A stretch of DNA of 64,000 bases. Source: an uncultured delta proteobacterium (GTDB lineage: Bacteria; Desulfobacterota; Binatia; Binatales; Binataceae). The notes beneath the pieces were generated by a model. It made no database searches and was not told where the DNA came from. It worked only from the letters and a program-made list of their open reading frames with translations. Made by a program: the position numbers and the translations under genes. This document shows, one piece after another, positions 61,050 through 64,000 of the stretch. The stretch spans positions 3,360,001-3,424,000 of the forward strand of contig CAWEEQ010000004.1 in NCBI GenBank assembly GCA_963808235.1, in the 5' to 3' direction. Numbering within the stretch: position 1 is the stretch's first letter; each line of letters starts with the position of its first letter.

Positions 61050-62105
61050 ATGAAAGGAACCGTCTTCCACGGACCCCACGACGTCCGCGTCGAGCGCGTC
61101 GACGACCCCAGCCTCCAATCCTCCACCGACGCGATCGTCCGCATCACCCGCGCCGGCATCTGCGGCTCCGACCTGCACTTCTATCACGGACAGTTCCCGA
61201 TCGCGCCCGGCTTCGTGCTCGGGCACGAGGGCGTCGGCGTGATCGAGGAAGTCGGCGCCGGCGTCGATCGCTTGAAGAAGGGGCAACGCGTGGTCGTGTC
61301 GGGAGTGGTCGCGTGTGGGCGATGCTTCTTCTGCCGGCGCGGACAATCCTCGCAATGCGCCGAGAGCGGCTCTGCCGTTTTCGGCTATGGAAGCAACTCC
61401 GCGGGCAAGCTCGGATACCTCGGCGGCGAGCAATCCGAAGCGGTGCGGGTCCCGATGGCCGACTACACCTGCTTCCCGCTCCCCGACGCAATCGACGACG
61501 ACGCAGCAGTCTTCCTGGCTGACATACTGCCCACCAGTTTCTTCGGCGCAATCAACGGCAACATCCGCCCCGGCGACACGGTCGCGATCTTCGGATGCGG
61601 CCCCGTAGGCCTATGCGCCATCATGAGCGCAAAGCTATTCGGCCCCGCCGAAGTGATCGCGGTCGATAGCATCGAGTACCGCCTGGATCTCGCCCGCAAA
61701 CTAGGCGCACATGCAGTAACAGCCGCCGAGGCGCAACAGACAATCCTCGATCGCACCGAGGGCCGCGGCGCCGACGTTGCGATAGAAGCAGTAGGCAACG
61801 AGTCCGCATTGACGGCAGCAATAATGTCCGCCCGCGGCGGCGGCACAGTCTCAGTAATAGGCGCCTTCGGCGCCCCATCCTTCAATTTCCCAATCGGCTA
61901 CGCCTTCGCCCGCGACCTAACTTTCAAAATCGGCCTGGCCAACATAAACGCCCACATCCCAGAACTATCCCGCCTGATAGAAAAGGGCGCGTTAGATCCG
62001 CATCCATTGATAACCCACATAATGCCTCTATCCGACGCAGCCAGAGGCTACGAAATCTTCAACGCCCACAAAGACAACGTAATAAAGGTCCTGCTAAAAC
62101 CCTGA
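61050..62105 (+). CDS. zinc-dependent alcohol dehydrogenase (FDH-like MDR)
   Basis: Motifs CGSDLH, GHEG.G, C..C..C......C, LADI.PT and GCGPVG. Confidence 0.93.
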   Translation: MKGTVFHGPHDVRVERVDDPSLQSSTDAIVRITRAGICGSDLHFYHGQFPIAPGFVLGHEGVGVIEEVGAGVDRLKKGQRVVVSGVVACGRCFFCRRGQSSQCAESGSAVFGYGSNSAGKLGYLGGEQSEAVRVPMADYTCFPLPDAIDDDAAVFLADILPTSFFGAINGNIRPGDTVAIFGCGPVGLCAIMSAKLFGPAEVIAVDSIEYRLDLARKLGAHAVTAAEAQQTILDRTEGRGADVAIEAVGNESALTAAIMSARGGGTVSVIGAFGAPSFNFPIGYAFARDLTFKIGLANINAHIPELSRLIEKGALDPHPLITHIMPLSDAARGYEIFNAHKDNVIKVLLKP

Positions 62106-62301
62106 GATGAGCCGCGCCGAGAGCAAAAGACCGTCCGCGGGATTTTGCGATTGAATGAACACTGGGTGCAGGGTCACCCCTGCCGCCCCGCGCGTAGCGG
62201 TCCGACTCCGGTCTGAATCCCCATTAGCCAATCTAAACCCAAATTGCAGTGTCTGGCGGGATGCGGCGCGATGCGGTTCAATAGCAAGCGAGGTGTCTGA
62301 C

Positions 62302-63111
62302 ATGGCCGAAAATGCAATCACAACCAGAATCGAGGGTGAGCTCGGGTATCTCGTGCTCAATCGCCCCGAGAAGCGCAACGCGATCAACCAACAAATGCTC
62401 CGTGCGATTCCCGAGGCGCTCGACGAGCTCGACCGGCCCGAAGTGCGCGCGATCATCCTTTATGGCGAGGGCCAGGCGTTCTCGGCCGGCATCGACTTCA
62501 CCTCGCTCTCCAACGACAGCGGCGCGCGCGGCGGCGAAGGTGGCGGCCCCGACATGCAGCGCTTCCGGCGCTTCGTCGCGGAGTCGCAAGCCTCGCTCAA
62601 CCGGCTCGAGAGTATCGAGAAGCCGGTCATCGGCGCGCTGCATGGTTTCGTCGGAGGACTCGGACTCGAGCTTGCGCTCGCTTGCGATGCGCGCATCGCG
62701 GCGTCGGGCGCGCGCCTCGGGATGCCCGAAGTGCGCATCGGTCTGGTGCCCGACGTCGGAGGCACCACCCGCCTGACGCGCACGGTCGGCTACGCATTCG
62801 CCAAGGAACTGATCATGACCGCGCGGATGATCGACGCTCAGGCGGCCGAAAAGATCGGGCTGGTCAATCGCGTGGTCGCCGAGGGTACGCATCTGGCGGC
62901 CGCAGAAGAGCTGGCGCGCGAGATGGCTCGTAACGCGCCGCTCGCAGTCGGACTCGCGAAACGGATTATCGACAAAGGTCACGGGCTCGACAAGATGACT
63001 TTCCAGGAGCTCGAGATGCTGGCGCAGAGCTCGCTGATAACCACCGAGGATTTCCGCGAAGGCGCGACGGCGCTGGCGCAGCGGCGCGATCCGCACTTCA
63101 AGGGGCGCTGA
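62302..63111 (+). CDS. enoyl-CoA hydratase/isomerase
   Basis: Motifs LNRPEKRNA, FSAGID, G.GLELALACD.R and PE...GL.PD.GG. Confidence 0.93.
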   Translation: MAENAITTRIEGELGYLVLNRPEKRNAINQQMLRAIPEALDELDRPEVRAIILYGEGQAFSAGIDFTSLSNDSGARGGEGGGPDMQRFRRFVAESQASLNRLESIEKPVIGALHGFVGGLGLELALACDARIAASGARLGMPEVRIGLVPDVGGTTRLTRTVGYAFAKELIMTARMIDAQAAEKIGLVNRVVAEGTHLAAAEELAREMARNAPLAVGLAKRIIDKGHGLDKMTFQELEMLAQSSLITTEDFREGATALAQRRDPHFKGR

Positions 63112-64000
63112 GACGAATTTCGAAGCCCACCTCGAAGGTCTCGCCGGGCGCGAGCTCACGCGCGCCGGAATCGATTCCGCGCGCGGACAGATTGAAGGCG
63201 TCAGGCGCGCAGGTGTACGGCTCGATCGCGACGACCGGATTGCCCGCGGGAGCAAAGAGAACGAAATCTCCGAACGCCGGATCGGCGCACACCTCGACTG
63301 CGACCTTGAGCGATGGATCCGCCATCCGCGCACGCGGCGCCGACGCCTCTGTCGCCGGCCTCATCCGAAATGCGTCGTCGTAGGTCTCCGCGCCAAGCGG
63401 GCGCGCGATGCGAAGATCGTACTTGCCGTCGAGCGCGACGGGCGGCCCGGACGGAATTAAGCGCGCGTCCAGCGGCCATCGCCCGACGGCGTCGAGTTGC
63501 AAGCTGAGCGCCTCGCGACTTCCGCTCGAGGAGAGCGGCGCGTGAAAGTAGGGATGCGCGCCGAATCCAAATGGCATCGTCGAAATTCCCGAGTTGCTAA
63601 TCCGGGCGCGCAGTCGGAGCCCATTACCTACTTCGTAGTTTATTTCCAGAATGAACGGCCACGGCCATATCGATTTGAGATCGGGATGCTCCGATGAATC
63701 CAGTATGGCGCTGACATAGTATGGCCCTCGCTGCGCGACGCGAAATGGACGCTCGCATGCGAAGCCGTGAATGGCATGTCCCCGCGAAGGATCATTCACC
63801 GGAAGTGAGTATTCGCGGCCTTTGAAAGTGAAGCGCGCGTCAGCGATTCGACTCGGCCATGGAAACAGAATCGGGACGCCGCCGCGATGCGGATGCGCGC
63901 GCCACGAGTCGGGACTCGTCGGTCCGGCGATGACATCGAGCCCGCCGACGCTATAGCTGAGGCATTGGCATCCTGCCTCGGGTACGATGACCGCGCGTTC
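63098..64000 (-). CDS. aldose 1-epimerase family protein, 5'-partial
   Basis: Frame is open to the window edge; motifs G.PILFP, AIHG, GFG.HPYF and EPYTC.PDAFN. Confidence 0.88.
   Translation of the reverse strand, partial: ERAVIVPEAGCQCLSYSVGGLDVIAGPTSPDSWRAHPHRGGVPILFPWPSRIADARFTFKGREYSLPVNDPSRGHAIHGFACERPFRVAQRGPYYVSAILDSSEHPDLKSIWPWPFILEINYEVGNGLRLRARISNSGISTMPFGFGAHPYFHAPLSSSGSREALSLQLDAVGRWPLDARLIPSGPPVALDGKYDLRIARPLGAETYDDAFRMRPATEASAPRARMADPSLKVAVEVCADPAFGDFVLFAPAGNPVVAIEPYTCAPDAFNLSARGIDSGARELAPGETFEVGFEIRLSAP

Noticed and set aside
61600-62105. Diversity-generating retroelement variable region
   Set aside because: No reverse transcriptase or template repeat is present, and the unusual codons are gains of A that appear synonymous, not A-to-N diversification.

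Overview
GC-rich (low 60s % by eye) bacterial chromosomal window with about 60 genes. The gene repertoire (F420-type LLM, P450, molybdenum hydroxylase, many acyl-CoA enzymes, OprO/P porin) suggests a diderm soil organism such as Ca. Binatota; this is inference only. Recognisable loci, in order: Hsp20-lemA-htpX; divergent smpB/ssrA (tmRNA tag ADNNGYALAA); pobA; a four-gene two-component cassette; a partial non-phosphorylative L-fucose pathway; ferredoxin-P450-pirin; an Rrf2-yezD-porin-sbp-cysTWA sulfate operon; msrB; an Ltp2-like thiolase plus DUF35; an IS1-family remnant with a passenger gene; a DEAD-box helicase; an ACAD10/11-like pair; higBA; and a xanthine-dehydrogenase-family M/S/L operon plus moaD. 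The most unusual region lies downstream of tmRNA (7163-10850). It holds two lower-GC secreted proteins, one with a phage tail-fibre-like module, and a secreted 579-aa protein with 11 tandem 30-31-aa repeats that are about 21% Trp. Other leads are a structured RNA candidate after yezD and locally A-rich codon usage next to REP-like repeats. About ten genes carry small frameshifts, most likely long-read indel errors.
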